The notes under the pieces are model-generated. The model did not search any database. It had not been told where the DNA came from and was given only the letters and a program-made list of their open reading frames with translations. Made by a program: the position numbers and the translations under genes. Below, in pieces: positions 29,603 to 40,392 of a stretch of 64,000 bases of DNA; positions within the stretch are counted from its first letter, which is position 1, and the number at the start of each line of letters is the position of its first letter. The stretch is from contig JAHPZH010000003.1 of NCBI GenBank assembly GCA_019058315.1, positions 41,669 to 105,668 on the forward strand, in the 5' to 3' direction. Source of the DNA: Candidatus Helarchaeota archaeon. GTDB lineage: Archaea > Asgardarchaeota > Lokiarchaeia > Helarchaeales > RDOG01.

Positions 29603-31270
29603 TTAACCTCTATACTTATTGACAATCGGCATTTTCCATCCTATTCCAAAAGCTTTTGGTGTTATTTTTATACAAGGAGCAGCCTGCCATCTTTTATATT
29701 CAGCGTTTCTAACCCTTGAATAAGTATCTTCAACAATTTCTTTTGGATAACCCATCTTAATCAATTCTCTTTTACTCTTTCGATTTTCAATAATTTCATC
29801 AACTAAAGGACTAACTATGCTATAATCAAAGGGATCATACTGATTTACTTTAAGTTCAGCAGAAGGTTTCTTTTCAATTACATTTTTAGGTATGATCTCT
29901 CTACCATATTTTTTATTAACATAATTAGAGAGTCTATAAACCTCTTCTTTGCTTACATCACCTAATACCCCAATCCCACCAGTCATATCGCCATATAAAG
30001 TGCAATAACCAAGGGCCATTTCCGTTTTATTTCCAGTATTTAAGACTAAAATCTTTAAATTCTTAAACCGATTGGAAATATCCATCAAACAATTTCCCCT
30101 TATTCGAGGCTGGATATTTTCATCTGCAACGGGATCATCCTCATTCTTATCTATTCCATAATTTTTCCTTATATCAGTTAATGAGACATGTAATATTTTT
30201 TTATAACTTTCAATTGTATCTTGGATTTCAATCCCAACATATAATATTCCAAGGTTATTGGCTAATGTTTGTGCATCTGTCTTACTGTGATCACTAGAAA
30301 ATTTGGAGGGCATTGAGACACCAATTACATTTTCTTTGCCCAACGCATCAACAGCTATACATGTAGTTAAGGATGAATCAATTCCACCACTCATTCCAAT
30401 TATTCCTTTTTCAAAACCTGTTTTTTTAAAATAATCACGGATTCCCAAGACTAGAGCATTATACATTTCATTTTCCCTATGATAAGAAGGAAAACTAACT
30501 TTTTGCGAAACTCCTTTTGCTAAATCAATATTAATGATCACTAAATCTTCTTCGAATTGTTTGCCAACACCGATTAAATCACCTGCTGCATCTACAGCTA
30601 GACTTTGTCCATCAAATACAAGTTCATCCTGACCACCAACCATATTAACATAAAATATGGGAATCCTATTTTTTTTAGCTTTATTTTGTAATAATTCCAT
30701 CCGTTTGAATCTCTTTCCATCATAAAATGGCGATGCGTTTATAATAGCAATCGAATTTGCACCCCTATTAGCTAAAAGGTCAGTTACTTTTATCTCATAA
30801 TTTTGGTCCCAAAGATCTTCGCAAATTTCAATTCCTAGTTTAACTTTCTCTCCATTAATTTCCAAATTGATTGGTCTGATTATTTCTTTTTTTGCAGGCT
30901 TAAAATATCTATCCTCGTCGAACACATCATAGGTTGGTAAAAGAGTCTTATATACCGTTCCATAAAGTTTATTTCCCTTAAATATAGCTGCAGCATTGTA
31001 CAAATGATTATCATTATAGTCAACGAAACCAATTACTCCAATTATATCAACATTAATTTTTAGAATCTCATTTAAAGCCTCCTTATTCCATCGAATGAAA
31101 TTTTTTTCATACAATAAATCTTGAGGAGGATAACCAGTAATAGCTAATTCTGGAAAAATCACTAAATCGGCTTTAAATTCATATGATTTATTGATATATT
31201 TTTTAATTTTTTTAATATTACCTTCAATATCTCCTACAATTGAGTTTATTTGTGCCATAGCGACTTTCAT
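29603..31270 (-). CDS. nadE: Glutamine-dependent NAD+ synthetase
   Basis: N-terminal nitrilase-fold (FPEL, EICED), SGGIDS, TGNKTE, YCTLYGD, PSAEL. Confidence 0.95.
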   Translation of the reverse strand: MKVAMAQINSIVGDIEGNIKKIKKYINKSYEFKADLVIFPELAITGYPPQDLLYEKNFIRWNKEALNEILKINVDIIGVIGFVDYNDNHLYNAAAIFKGNKLYGTVYKTLLPTYDVFDEDRYFKPAKKEIIRPINLEINGEKVKLGIEICEDLWDQNYEIKVTDLLANRGANSIAIINASPFYDGKRFKRMELLQNKAKKNRIPIFYVNMVGGQDELVFDGQSLAVDAAGDLIGVGKQFEEDLVIINIDLAKGVSQKVSFPSYHRENEMYNALVLGIRDYFKKTGFEKGIIGMSGGIDSSLTTCIAVDALGKENVIGVSMPSKFSSDHSKTDAQTLANNLGILYVGIEIQDTIESYKKILHVSLTDIRKNYGIDKNEDDPVADENIQPRIRGNCLMDISNRFKNLKILVLNTGNKTEMALGYCTLYGDMTGGIGVLGDVSKEEVYRLSNYVNKKYGREIIPKNVIEKKPSAELKVNQYDPFDYSIVSPLVDEIIENRKSKRELIKMGYPKEIVEDTYSRVRNAEYKRWQAAPCIKITPKAFGIGWKMPIVNKYRG

Positions 31271-31450
31271 ATTAAACCCTAAATTTTTATCGATTCTACA
31301 TTATTAATAATCATTATAATTTTTAAGAGAAAAAATTTTGCTATAGTTCTTAAATATTTGTAACACTCTTTGGTGGAGTTTGATTATTTTTACCTTATAA
31401 ACACCATCTTCTGGCTCTGGAAATGGTAGATAAAAAAGAATTGAATTATT

Positions 31451-32194
31451 TTATTCGTTATCTTTTTTTGGATTAAATAAAAGGGAATAATAATCTAGTT
31501 TATAATCAATAAATTCATTCCAGTTCCACTTTTTATTCAAAATTAAAGCTGTAACTATTTCTGTTAAATTTTCTGCTTGTGATAAGACAAATTTTTTTTC
31601 CTTAAACTGAGAAACTAACCATTTTAATGTTACAGCCCCTGAAATACAGTGAGCCCACAATTCCTCGTTATCGCTATCTATTTTTTTACATACTCCCTCT
31701 TTTCTAAAGCAATCTGCTATAATAATTTGTCCATCTTTTTTTCCTACTCTTATCATTTCCTCTATTGCTTTTATTTTTTCTGTGCATAGATTGAATGATG
31801 CATTGGAGATGACTAAATCAAAGTAATTAACTGAAAATGGAATATTTTCGAAGGTGCCAATTTTATATTCAATATATTTCTGCAGCCCGTATTCTTTTAC
31901 CGTCTTTGTTGCAAATGATATCGAACTTGATGAGGGATCAATTCCATATACCTTATAACCAGATTTTTCATTAAATCTTTCCATTAAAGCAATTGGAACA
32001 GTTCCAGGACCTGTACCGATATCTAAAATATTCATATTCGGTTTAATATCAATCATTTTAAAAATATTTTTTAAAAGTGGGTCAAAATTTTGGATTCTAC
32101 TTCTCAATTTTAAACTATCATAATTATTCCATTTACCACTGTAATATTCAACTGTATATTTGTTTATTCCACAGCTATTATCACAATTCTTCAT
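31451..32194 (-). CDS. SAM-dependent methyltransferase (ArsM-like C-terminal WxxCIxGA)
   Basis: ILDIGTGPG, DLVISN, LWAHCISGA. Confidence 0.75.
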   Translation of the reverse strand: MKNCDNSCGINKYTVEYYSGKWNNYDSLKLRSRIQNFDPLLKNIFKMIDIKPNMNILDIGTGPGTVPIALMERFNEKSGYKVYGIDPSSSSISFATKTVKEYGLQKYIEYKIGTFENIPFSVNYFDLVISNASFNLCTEKIKAIEEMIRVGKKDGQIIIADCFRKEGVCKKIDSDNEELWAHCISGAVTLKWLVSQFKEKKFVLSQAENLTEIVTALILNKKWNWNEFIDYKLDYYSLLFNPKKDNE

Positions 32195-32343
32195 TTACAG
32201 TCTTATCCAAATTACTTTTTCATAATTAAAATATTCAAAAAGAGAGTAATTTTCTATATTTTTTTCCATTCATAACAAAATCTCAATGATTTAAATAGCT
32301 GTTTGCTATAAAGGTGTTATATATTTTTTTTATGGGATGCAAA

Positions 32344-32742
32344 ATGATCGAAAAAATTAGTGTCAGAACTCATGGACGAGAAGAAATAATAGACATAACT
32401 GAAAATATCGAAAAAATTATATCTAACTCTAAGATTTCCAGTGGTTATTGTATCATTTTTGTCCCTCACACGACTGCAGCTATAGCCATAAATGAAAATG
32501 CAGACCCTGCAGTAAAACGAGATGTCTTAAAGATTCTAGATACAATAATACCCCAAAATGGAGATTATGAGCATTTTGAGGGCAATTCACCGGCTCATGT
32601 GAAAACAATATTAACAGGAAATTCCCAAATGATATTAATAGAAAATGGAAAATTGAAATTAGGTACTTGGCAAGGGATTTACCTTTGTGAATATGATGGA
32701 CCAAGATCTAGAAGTGTTTTGATAAAAATAGTAAGTTCTTAA
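32344..32742 (+). CDS. yjbQ: YjbQ/UPF0047 family (secondary thiamine-phosphate synthase)
   Basis: PHTTA, INENADP, GNSPAH, LGTWQGIYLCEYDGPR; start moved to ATG 32344. Confidence 0.92.
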   Translation: MIEKISVRTHGREEIIDITENIEKIISNSKISSGYCIIFVPHTTAAIAINENADPAVKRDVLKILDTIIPQNGDYEHFEGNSPAHVKTILTGNSQMILIENGKLKLGTWQGIYLCEYDGPRSRSVLIKIVSS

Positions 32743-32928
32743 CCACAATAGTCCCAGCTAAGATAAAAAAAGAATTGTCCATTTTTGATAGCAACAAACT
32801 ATCATAATTTTTCTGAATATTAATTAATTATATCTTTTAGTTTTCTAATTCTTTAATTTAAAAAAATCTTCTGTTTTATGATGATTTAATATGCATTTAT
32901 AATAAATAATAGAAAAGATGTATATTTA

Positions 32929-34188
32929 ATGAAAGATATAATAACTTTTATATGTCCACCATTAAAAGGACATATTAATCCAATGTCATCCATTGCTTAT
33001 GGATTAAAAAACAAGGGTATAACTGTAAAATTTATTGGATTGTTAGATATTGCCAATTTTTTTGATGAATTTGATTTTATACCTATCGGAAAGGAAATAT
33101 TTCCAAAGGGGAGTATAGAAAAAATAACACAAAAGATGTCAAAACGAAAGGGTTTACGGATGGGTCGGGTTTGGCAATCAAAATTTTCAAATAAATGGTC
33201 TAAAGTGGTTTGTGAGGAATTGCCAAAAGTTTTGGAGCTTGAAAGCGTAGATTTTATTGTTTGTGATCAATTGGAAAATGCAGTTGCTCTTGTCGCTGAT
33301 TATTTAAAAATTCCGTTTGTTACTATATGTAATGCCATGGCTATTGTGATGCACGAAACTTATCCCCCATTCTTTACTAATTGGGATTATGATATTTCTA
33401 ATAGGAGATTAAATATTAATAAAGGATTTTATAAAATTGCGAGGTATCTTCTTAATCGTGATACTAAAATACTAGAAAAATGGCGTAAAAAATGGGGAAT
33501 GCCTGAAAGAATTGGGATGAAACGTTATTTTGCACATTCAACATTAGCAACTTTTTCTCAACAAACTAAATCTATTGAATTTCCATTAACTGAAATTAAT
33601 AAAGATTGGTATTATTGTGGACCTTTTAGAACTGACGGTCTTTTAACTTATAACATACCAGAATTACCAAATGATGAAATTACAAATGTCTATATTTCAT
33701 TGGGAACCATTCAAGGTTCTAGATATAAATTATTTAAAAAATGTGTTGAAGCATGTAATGATTTAGGGTTAAGAGCTATAATTGTTCATGCAGGACTACT
33801 TGAAGAAAAAAAAATTGAAGAACTTAAAAAAATCGCACTTGTTTATGATTATTTGAAACAGCCAGATATCTTTAAAGATTGTAAAGTCTTAATTTCACAT
33901 TGTGGATTAAATACCGCCTTAGATGCTTTGAGTTATGGTAGACCAATAATAGCTATCCCTATCGGGATCGAACAAGGTGCAATAGCTACGAAATTAAAAA
34001 GAATAGGATGTGCTATTGTTGTTAAAAAACTAAATAAAAAAAACCTAAAGAAAGCCTTATCCGAAATCCTTTCCAACCCAGAATATAAGAAAAAAAGTCA
34101 ACTAATTAAGGAAGAAATAAAATCTTCTGGTGGTACAGAGAGAGCCGTTGAGGTTATTTATAATCTAATCAAAAATACAGAGTTTTAG
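32929..34188 (+). CDS. GT1/MGT-family UDP-glycosyltransferase (CrtX-like)
   Basis: PPLKGHINPM, CDQLE, YISLGT, HCGLNT, PIGIEQ. Confidence 0.85.
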   Translation: MKDIITFICPPLKGHINPMSSIAYGLKNKGITVKFIGLLDIANFFDEFDFIPIGKEIFPKGSIEKITQKMSKRKGLRMGRVWQSKFSNKWSKVVCEELPKVLELESVDFIVCDQLENAVALVADYLKIPFVTICNAMAIVMHETYPPFFTNWDYDISNRRLNINKGFYKIARYLLNRDTKILEKWRKKWGMPERIGMKRYFAHSTLATFSQQTKSIEFPLTEINKDWYYCGPFRTDGLLTYNIPELPNDEITNVYISLGTIQGSRYKLFKKCVEACNDLGLRAIIVHAGLLEEKKIEELKKIALVYDYLKQPDIFKDCKVLISHCGLNTALDALSYGRPIIAIPIGIEQGAIATKLKRIGCAIVVKKLNKKNLKKALSEILSNPEYKKKSQLIKEEIKSSGGTERAVEVIYNLIKNTEF

Positions 34189-34238
34189 GTGGAAACTTGT
34201 TATTCCAAATTCTCTCCAGATTAAATGTATTTTATTAC

Positions 34239-35174
34239 TTATTTTCCACTATTCAAATATTTTTTTAGAAAGGGTTCTATTTTTACCGTGTGTGTCTGAA
34301 TCCCCACAACTCTATAGGGATCCCCACCCATTACCAAAGCAATTAATTGAGCTAAATTGAGATGAAATATATTAAATTGCTCTCCATACGTCTTTTCTAA
34401 ATAAGGTTGGTAACGATCGAATTGTAGCTGACAATTAGGGCACATGTGTAATAAAAGATTTACTCCTTCAGACCTCAAACTTTTGAGCTTTTTTAAAGTT
34501 ATTTCTAATGAAAGAGGTTTATTTTTATATCTAACCCTAAAACCCGCACCACAAGTGAGAATCTTTTCAGGATACCAATGAAGTGCATCCAGTCCAATGG
34601 ATTCAGCAATATCATCAAGAACAGTCGTGTCATCATATTTCCCAATGGCATCATTAGAAAAGGTTTTATAATAATGACATGCAGGATGGGACGCAACTCT
34701 TAATTTCGATAAATCAAATTTATTAAATTCCGCTATCTTTTCCCTTACTTTGTGAAAAATCTCAACAACATGAAAAAAGTTATTTTTACTATCCAGATTG
34801 TTCTTATATTTCATACCCACTTGCTCTAAAATACTATTGACTTTTTCATAAATTTCTTGTTTTTCTTTTAATAAAGAGCAACTTTTTTTATTTATAGCAT
34901 AACAAGTGGAACACAAGACTGCAAAATTTTCATATTTTGTTTTTTCTTTAGCAAGCCAAAAATTTCGGGCTGCTATTGTTGTAGTGGAGAGTTGATCGAA
35001 TAAATCATAATAATAACCTAGACCAGTACAACAACTTTGATTAGGATCTTGTATCCAATCAATTCCTAATTTATTAAATGCCCATTTTGTTGAACTTTCC
35101 ACTCCAGGATATTCAACATTCATTAAACAAGATCTAAAGAAGAAGATTTTTCGAGTTGGAATATTTTTTGTCAT
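34239..35174 (-). CDS. hdrB: Heterodisulfide reductase subunit B (methanogen-type)
   Basis: RSC, SCCTG, CSTC, HPACH, TCGAG, CPNCQLQFDRYQ CCG-domain motifs. Confidence 0.92.
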   Translation of the reverse strand: MTKNIPTRKIFFFRSCLMNVEYPGVESSTKWAFNKLGIDWIQDPNQSCCTGLGYYYDLFDQLSTTTIAARNFWLAKEKTKYENFAVLCSTCYAINKKSCSLLKEKQEIYEKVNSILEQVGMKYKNNLDSKNNFFHVVEIFHKVREKIAEFNKFDLSKLRVASHPACHYYKTFSNDAIGKYDDTTVLDDIAESIGLDALHWYPEKILTCGAGFRVRYKNKPLSLEITLKKLKSLRSEGVNLLLHMCPNCQLQFDRYQPYLEKTYGEQFNIFHLNLAQLIALVMGGDPYRVVGIQTHTVKIEPFLKKYLNSGK

Positions 35175-35767
35175 TTTGAATTGTTCCTAAGTTTTTTAAG
35201 TCTTTCAACAAAACCAGTTTGCTCCAGAATAATGCGAATTTCTGTCCTTGCTTTAATTGGCAGTAATGGCGATTCAAGACCGAGTTGTTTTCGCACATTC
35301 TCATTATTCAATCGTATCTCTAACCATTCTTCTCCCCAATCCTCGTATAAACTTTCGACCATTTCTTTTGAATAAGATCCGGCTCCAAGTTCTATGAAAC
35401 TATCCCCATATGCTAAAAAGTCTTGAATTTGATCTTTATTATACCCCTCTTCAATTGATTTCTGTTTAAGAACTTGGATTACGGTTATTGGACTATTTCC
35501 TCGGGGACATCGCATATGACAAGTATAACAAGAAAAACAATTCCAAATTAATTGATCTTGAAGTATATTGGGATATCCTTGCAAAACCGCGTTCATAATT
35601 TTACGTGGAGAAAAATCGCTATATCTAGCTGCAGGACATCCAGATGAACAAAGACCACATTGAATACATTTCAAAAGACCTATATCTTTTGGAGTTCGAT
35701 CAGCTTCCAAAACTTCTTTTAGAATTTTTGTTTTCTTACTATTAGTTTTTTCCAAAAAATCGACCAT
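35171..35767 (-). CDS. hdrC: Heterodisulfide reductase subunit C
   Basis: CIQCGLCSSGCP, SPRKI, WNCFSCYTCHMRCPRG; overlaps the hdrB start. Confidence 0.92.
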   Translation of the reverse strand: MVDFLEKTNSKKTKILKEVLEADRTPKDIGLLKCIQCGLCSSGCPAARYSDFSPRKIMNAVLQGYPNILQDQLIWNCFSCYTCHMRCPRGNSPITVIQVLKQKSIEEGYNKDQIQDFLAYGDSFIELGAGSYSKEMVESLYEDWGEEWLEIRLNNENVRKQLGLESPLLPIKARTEIRIILEQTGFVERLKKLRNNSK

Positions 35768-35797
35768 TTTAATTTAAGAAACAAATATTTCTTTTAA

Positions 35798-36994
35798 TTA
35801 TCTTAACATCTCTAAAAACGCTTCTAACCTAGTCTTGACTTGTCCTGCCGAGCACTGTGTAGGATCTACACAATCTCCATCCAATATCAAAAATGGAATG
35901 CCTTCATCTTGAAATGCTTGTTGAATAGAAGGTGCACCACTAGTCGACTGTCTGCAACCCCAGATTGAATAATGGATGGCGGCATCTATTTTATATTTCT
36001 TTGCAGCTTCAAGATTCATTTTTATTCTTTTTTCAATAGACCCATTGAAAATATTGCGGACATATTTTTTGGCCAGACCTTCGAATAAATCATGATTCTC
36101 AATTTTATGGGAACTTGTCATATATAGTTCGTTAAATACGATTGTAGCATTATTCTGTTCAAAGATCTCCCCAAATAGTTGTAGATTATATAATGGGGGT
36201 AAAAATAACCACATAATTCTAGGAGCATCGTTATCAACAAATCCTTCACCTTTTTCGATTCTTTTTTTAATTTCCTTTAATACTTCTTCATGATATGCAA
36301 TACCATCTAAAAAATTGCCTCCTTTAAAAGTAAAGTTGAAGAGGTCTAATAAAAAACCTTCACTACTGCTCCCGGGAGGTGGTTTTACTGTAGCTCTTAA
36401 ATTACATATTTCTCTATATAAATCAACGCATCTATTAGAAAGTTTCACCATTTCTTTGAACTTATCTACATTAAATTCTTCATAATGACTATGTTTCCCA
36501 ATGAAATCTGCTGCTTTTAACAATTGATTTTTAACATATTCAATTCCCTCTTCATTTTCTTCTGCACCAAAATCGAGATATAATATTGGTTTTTTTTCAT
36601 AATAATTAAGTAAATCAAAACTTTTACCTTGGGCATCACATGAATTAGGAATAGTAGAGACGATCATGTCGGGATTTCTTGGAAACCCCTTTAAAAAGTA
36701 ATTTCCAATGATATGTCTTTGAAAGCTACAACAATCTCTACTAATATATTTCTCTGCTTCAGTCAAGATTTTTTGAGTTTTTGACTCCATAGCTGAAAGG
36801 ACTCCGCTTAATAACTCCGGTTGAAGCGGAATAACATCATTTGCAAAGAATAATTCCAAGGGAGATGGGACGTTTGTCCATGCCATTTTTACATTATTCT
36901 TTTTCGCATTAAGTGCAGTATTCATATATTTAAAAAAATATTTTCCGAATAACGTTCCAGTAGTTGAAAAACCTAATCCGCTCTTAACTGACAT
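35798..36994 (-). CDS. 2-hydroxyacyl-CoA dehydratase (HgdD/BcrB-like) subunit, paralog 2
   Basis: RDCCS, SCD, WGCRQ, DGDCVD, TRLEAFLEML. Confidence 0.88.
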   Translation of the reverse strand: MSVKSGLGFSTTGTLFGKYFFKYMNTALNAKKNNVKMAWTNVPSPLELFFANDVIPLQPELLSGVLSAMESKTQKILTEAEKYISRDCCSFQRHIIGNYFLKGFPRNPDMIVSTIPNSCDAQGKSFDLLNYYEKKPILYLDFGAEENEEGIEYVKNQLLKAADFIGKHSHYEEFNVDKFKEMVKLSNRCVDLYREICNLRATVKPPPGSSSEGFLLDLFNFTFKGGNFLDGIAYHEEVLKEIKKRIEKGEGFVDNDAPRIMWLFLPPLYNLQLFGEIFEQNNATIVFNELYMTSSHKIENHDLFEGLAKKYVRNIFNGSIEKRIKMNLEAAKKYKIDAAIHYSIWGCRQSTSGAPSIQQAFQDEGIPFLILDGDCVDPTQCSAGQVKTRLEAFLEMLR

Positions 36995-36998
36995 ATAA

Positions 36999-38195
36999 TT
37001 ACCTCAACATCTCTAAAAATGCTTCGATTCTCGTCTTTACTTGTTCAGGTGAACAAGTAGTCGGATCTACGCAATCTCCATCTAAAATCAATAAAGGAAT
37101 ATCTTCATCCTGAAATGCTTGTTGAATAGAAGGTGCTCCACTTGTTGATTGGCGACATCCCCATATTGAAAAATGAACTGCTGCATCTATTTTATATTTT
37201 TTAGCAGCCTCTAAATCCATTTTAACCCTTTTTTCAATAGAACCATTAAAAATATTACGTATATGTTTTTTTGCTAATCCTTCGAATAAATCATGGTTCT
37301 CAATTTTGTGGGAGCTTATCATAAAAAGCTCGTTAAAAACTATTACTGCATTATTTTGCTCGAAAATATCTCCAAATAGTTGCATATTATATAAAGGTGG
37401 TAAAAACATCCACATAATCCTAATTGCATCCTCATCAACAATCCCTTCACCTCTTGCAACTCTTTCTTTAAGTTCTTTTAATATTGCCTCATGAAATAAA
37501 ATACAATCATTAAAATTTCCTCCTTTATTCGTGAAATTAAAAATATCAAGTCCAAAACCATCAGCACTATTCATTGGAGGAGGATTTGTTGAGGATCTTA
37601 AATTACATATTTCAATATATGAATCGACGCACTTATTGGATAGCCTTACCATTTCTTTAAACTTTTCTTCATTAAATTCTTCATAATTACTGTTTTTTCC
37701 AATAAAATCAGCTACATTTAACAACTGATTTTTAACATATTGTATTCCTTCTTTATCTTCTTCTGCACCAAAATCGAGGTATATAATAGGTTTTTTCTCG
37801 TAATAATTAAGTAATTCAAAACTCTTTCCTTGAGCATCGCATGAATTTGGAATTGTAGAAACAATCATGTCAGGGTCACGAGGAAATCCCTTTAAAAAAT
37901 AATTGCCAATTACATGTCGTTGGAAAGAGCAGCAGTCTCTAGAAATATATTTTTCTGCCTCCGTTAAAACTTTTTGCGTTTGTGCCTCCATAGCGGAGAG
38001 AATACCGCTTATTAGTTCTGGTTGAAGAGGTATAACATCATTTGCAAAGAATAATTCCAAAGGAGTTGGAATATTTGTCCATGCCATTTTTGTATTATTT
38101 CTTTTAGCATTCAAAGCAGAATCCATATATTTGAAAAATAAGGTTCCCATCATTTCAGTACTTTTTAGAGAACCTTCTGGAAGTTTTATTGCCAT
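36999..38195 (-). CDS. 2-hydroxyacyl-CoA dehydratase (HgdD/BcrB-like) subunit, paralog 1
   Basis: Same motifs; highly similar to 35798-36994. Confidence 0.88.
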   Translation of the reverse strand: MAIKLPEGSLKSTEMMGTLFFKYMDSALNAKRNNTKMAWTNIPTPLELFFANDVIPLQPELISGILSAMEAQTQKVLTEAEKYISRDCCSFQRHVIGNYFLKGFPRDPDMIVSTIPNSCDAQGKSFELLNYYEKKPIIYLDFGAEEDKEGIQYVKNQLLNVADFIGKNSNYEEFNEEKFKEMVRLSNKCVDSYIEICNLRSSTNPPPMNSADGFGLDIFNFTNKGGNFNDCILFHEAILKELKERVARGEGIVDEDAIRIMWMFLPPLYNMQLFGDIFEQNNAVIVFNELFMISSHKIENHDLFEGLAKKHIRNIFNGSIEKRVKMDLEAAKKYKIDAAVHFSIWGCRQSTSGAPSIQQAFQDEDIPLLILDGDCVDPTTCSPEQVKTRIEAFLEMLR

Positions 38196-39326
38196 TTAAT
38201 CACCCAATATTTCCAAAAATGCTTCAATTCGAGTTCTTAGTTGTCCTAAATCAACTCCATATTCGGTTTCTAAATTTAGGATTGGAATCCCAATTTTGTT
38301 TAATTCTTCTTTAAAAATTGGGTAGTCATATTTAAAATTATCACAAAATTTTAGAGTATGATAAATAACTCCATCTATTTTATAATCTTCAATTGCATTC
38401 AACACATAATTTAAACGTGAACGTGAATCTGTTTCTCTCATACGTGGGCATTGAATTTTATTAAATTGATATTCAGCAATCGCAGTGACTGGGTTTTCAA
38501 TTTCTTCATTGATTAAATCAGAGGCATAACGACTTTCAGTGCAAGTTTCTTCAAAAACGACCATTCCTCCTGCTGATTCTACTGTTTTCTGGATTCTCGT
38601 ATCTTGTTCTGCTAAGATACTTCCTGAGTACAGAATTCTCTTTCTTCCATTGATTTTTGGGTAATTATCAATTTCTTTTATCAATAAAGTTAAAAGATCA
38701 TTGACCTTCTCCTTATCTAAAATCATCGCAGCACGATATACCTCGAAAGCATCAATACTGTTTATCGGTACAGCAATCTCTCTTCTTTTCTCTTGAAATT
38801 TTTTTAATAATCGTCTCGTTTCATTAAATATTCCTATTGAATTGGAAATTTCATCATTTGTGATCTTAACATCCAAAAAATCTTCGAGACTTTTAATAAA
38901 TTTTGTAAGCTCTTTTTCGAAATAATTCACTCCATTCTTTGTTTTATTCCTAGGTAAAAGAATTTGATATATGAAGGAGGGTTTATTTAGATGAATTTGC
39001 CATATTTCTAGTAATCTTCTAATAGCATCGCATGTATGTGCAGATACAACTCCATCTAGGAAATCCAATGAATTGCCTGTAAGTTTGTAGCCAAGGATTG
39101 CGCGTGCAAAAGGGCATATCCTTGAAAAAAATAAGTTATCTGCTTCAGATGCTGGAGTGTCTTCATCGCCCCCAGGATAGATTCGGTACGGGATAGCCCC
39201 TCCAGCATGTATAATTTCTTCTGGTGTATAATTACAAATCCAACCAACTATTTTCTTATCATTTATTGTACGGAGTTCATCTATTCTTTTATTATTAAGA
39301 TCCTTAATCTTATCTAAAATTGTCAT
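38196..39326 (-). CDS. 2-hydroxyacyl-CoA dehydratase (HgdB/BcrC-like) subunit
   Basis: GWICNYTPEEIIHA, ICP, TCD, KFCD, GQLRTRIEAFLE. Confidence 0.9.
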   Translation of the reverse strand: MTILDKIKDLNNKRIDELRTINDKKIVGWICNYTPEEIIHAGGAIPYRIYPGGDEDTPASEADNLFFSRICPFARAILGYKLTGNSLDFLDGVVSAHTCDAIRRLLEIWQIHLNKPSFIYQILLPRNKTKNGVNYFEKELTKFIKSLEDFLDVKITNDEISNSIGIFNETRRLLKKFQEKRREIAVPINSIDAFEVYRAAMILDKEKVNDLLTLLIKEIDNYPKINGRKRILYSGSILAEQDTRIQKTVESAGGMVVFEETCTESRYASDLINEEIENPVTAIAEYQFNKIQCPRMRETDSRSRLNYVLNAIEDYKIDGVIYHTLKFCDNFKYDYPIFKEELNKIGIPILNLETEYGVDLGQLRTRIEAFLEILGD

Positions 39327-39341
39327 TATTACACCGTTATA
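39327..39341. promoter_or_regulatory. Operator TATTACACCGTTATA abutting the ATG of 39326
   Basis: Matches the consensus and overlaps the probable RBS. Confidence 0.7.
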
Positions 39342-39399
39342 TTCCTATTTTATCATATCAAATTTTATTTTCAAGATTGTAAATATTAAATAAGTGGGA

Positions 39400-40188
39400 T
39401 TAGCTTTTTTCTAACTTCTCATATGCTATTATTGCAGCCCCTAATGCTCCTGGGATCTGTGGTTCGTCAGGAACTAATACATCCATTTTAAGCTCATCCT
39501 TAATAGCTTTTCTTACACCCACATTTTTCGCAACACCACCACAGAATGCGAGTGTAGGTTGAATTTTAATACGCTTCACCATTCCAACAATTCTTTTGAC
39601 TATAGCCTTATGAATTCCTGAAATGATATCTTCTTTCTGAATCCCACTTGCAAATAAAGAAATAATTTCACTCTCTGCAAAGACTGTACACATTGAACTA
39701 ATGTTTGACGGTTTTTTAGATTTGAGTGATATTGGTCCCATTTCACTAATATGGCCAACTTTAAGAGCATTCGCCATTACTTCAATAAATCTTCCTGTTC
39801 CTGCAGCACATTTGTCATTCATTACAAAGTCTAATACTTTTCCATTTTTTCCTACACTAATACCTTTGGAATCTTGTCCACCAATGTCTATAATAGTCCT
39901 TACGTTGTCACCCAATAAAAAATTAACACCTCGGGCATGGGCACTAATTTCAGTAATGGTCCCATCTGCAAATGGAATTGAATATCGCCCATATCCAGTA
40001 CCCATGATAAAATTGATGTCACCCTTGTTTAAATTACATTGACTCAATGCTTTTTCATAAACTTCTCCCCCAATTCTCTCGAATTCATGACCACTCCGTG
40101 AAATAAAGTACCCAATCATTTTTTCTCCATCATAAAAAGCACATTTAGTTGTTAGACTTCCTATATCTATTCCTGTAGTAATAGGCAA
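39400..40188 (-). CDS. ATP-dependent dehydratase activator (HgdC/BadF/BadG ASKHA ATPase)
   Basis: GIDIGS, TGYGR, DIGGQDSK, MNDKCAAGTGRF, CTVFAESE, GGVAKN. Confidence 0.95.
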   Translation of the reverse strand: MPITTGIDIGSLTTKCAFYDGEKMIGYFISRSGHEFERIGGEVYEKALSQCNLNKGDINFIMGTGYGRYSIPFADGTITEISAHARGVNFLLGDNVRTIIDIGGQDSKGISVGKNGKVLDFVMNDKCAAGTGRFIEVMANALKVGHISEMGPISLKSKKPSNISSMCTVFAESEIISLFASGIQKEDIISGIHKAIVKRIVGMVKRIKIQPTLAFCGGVAKNVGVRKAIKDELKMDVLVPDEPQIPGALGAAIIAYEKLEKS

Positions 40189-40392
40189 ATAAATTCACTC
40201 AATTCTGTTTTTTTTCCAAAATAGAAGAATTCTCAATAAATACTTCATGATTTTACTTTCTTAATAATTTATGTTGTTTTTAGACATATTCTGAAAATAG
40301 ATCTTTTTTTTTATAATTCAATTTATGAAAAAAATATTTGCGGAATCCCGCTGAGTAGCATTTAATTATTTCTTTATAACATTTACTATGAT

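Noticed and set aside
31304-31450. Coding-like stretch (..YLPFPEPEDGVYKVKII..) in frame after the methyltransferase stop
   Set aside because: No start codon, a TAA stop gives no case for read-through, and no recognisable family; possibly a gene relic
40340-40351. Small gcgg-aatc-ccgc hairpin in the long leader of the activator gene
   Set aside because: Only 4 bp; insufficient to call a riboswitch or terminator
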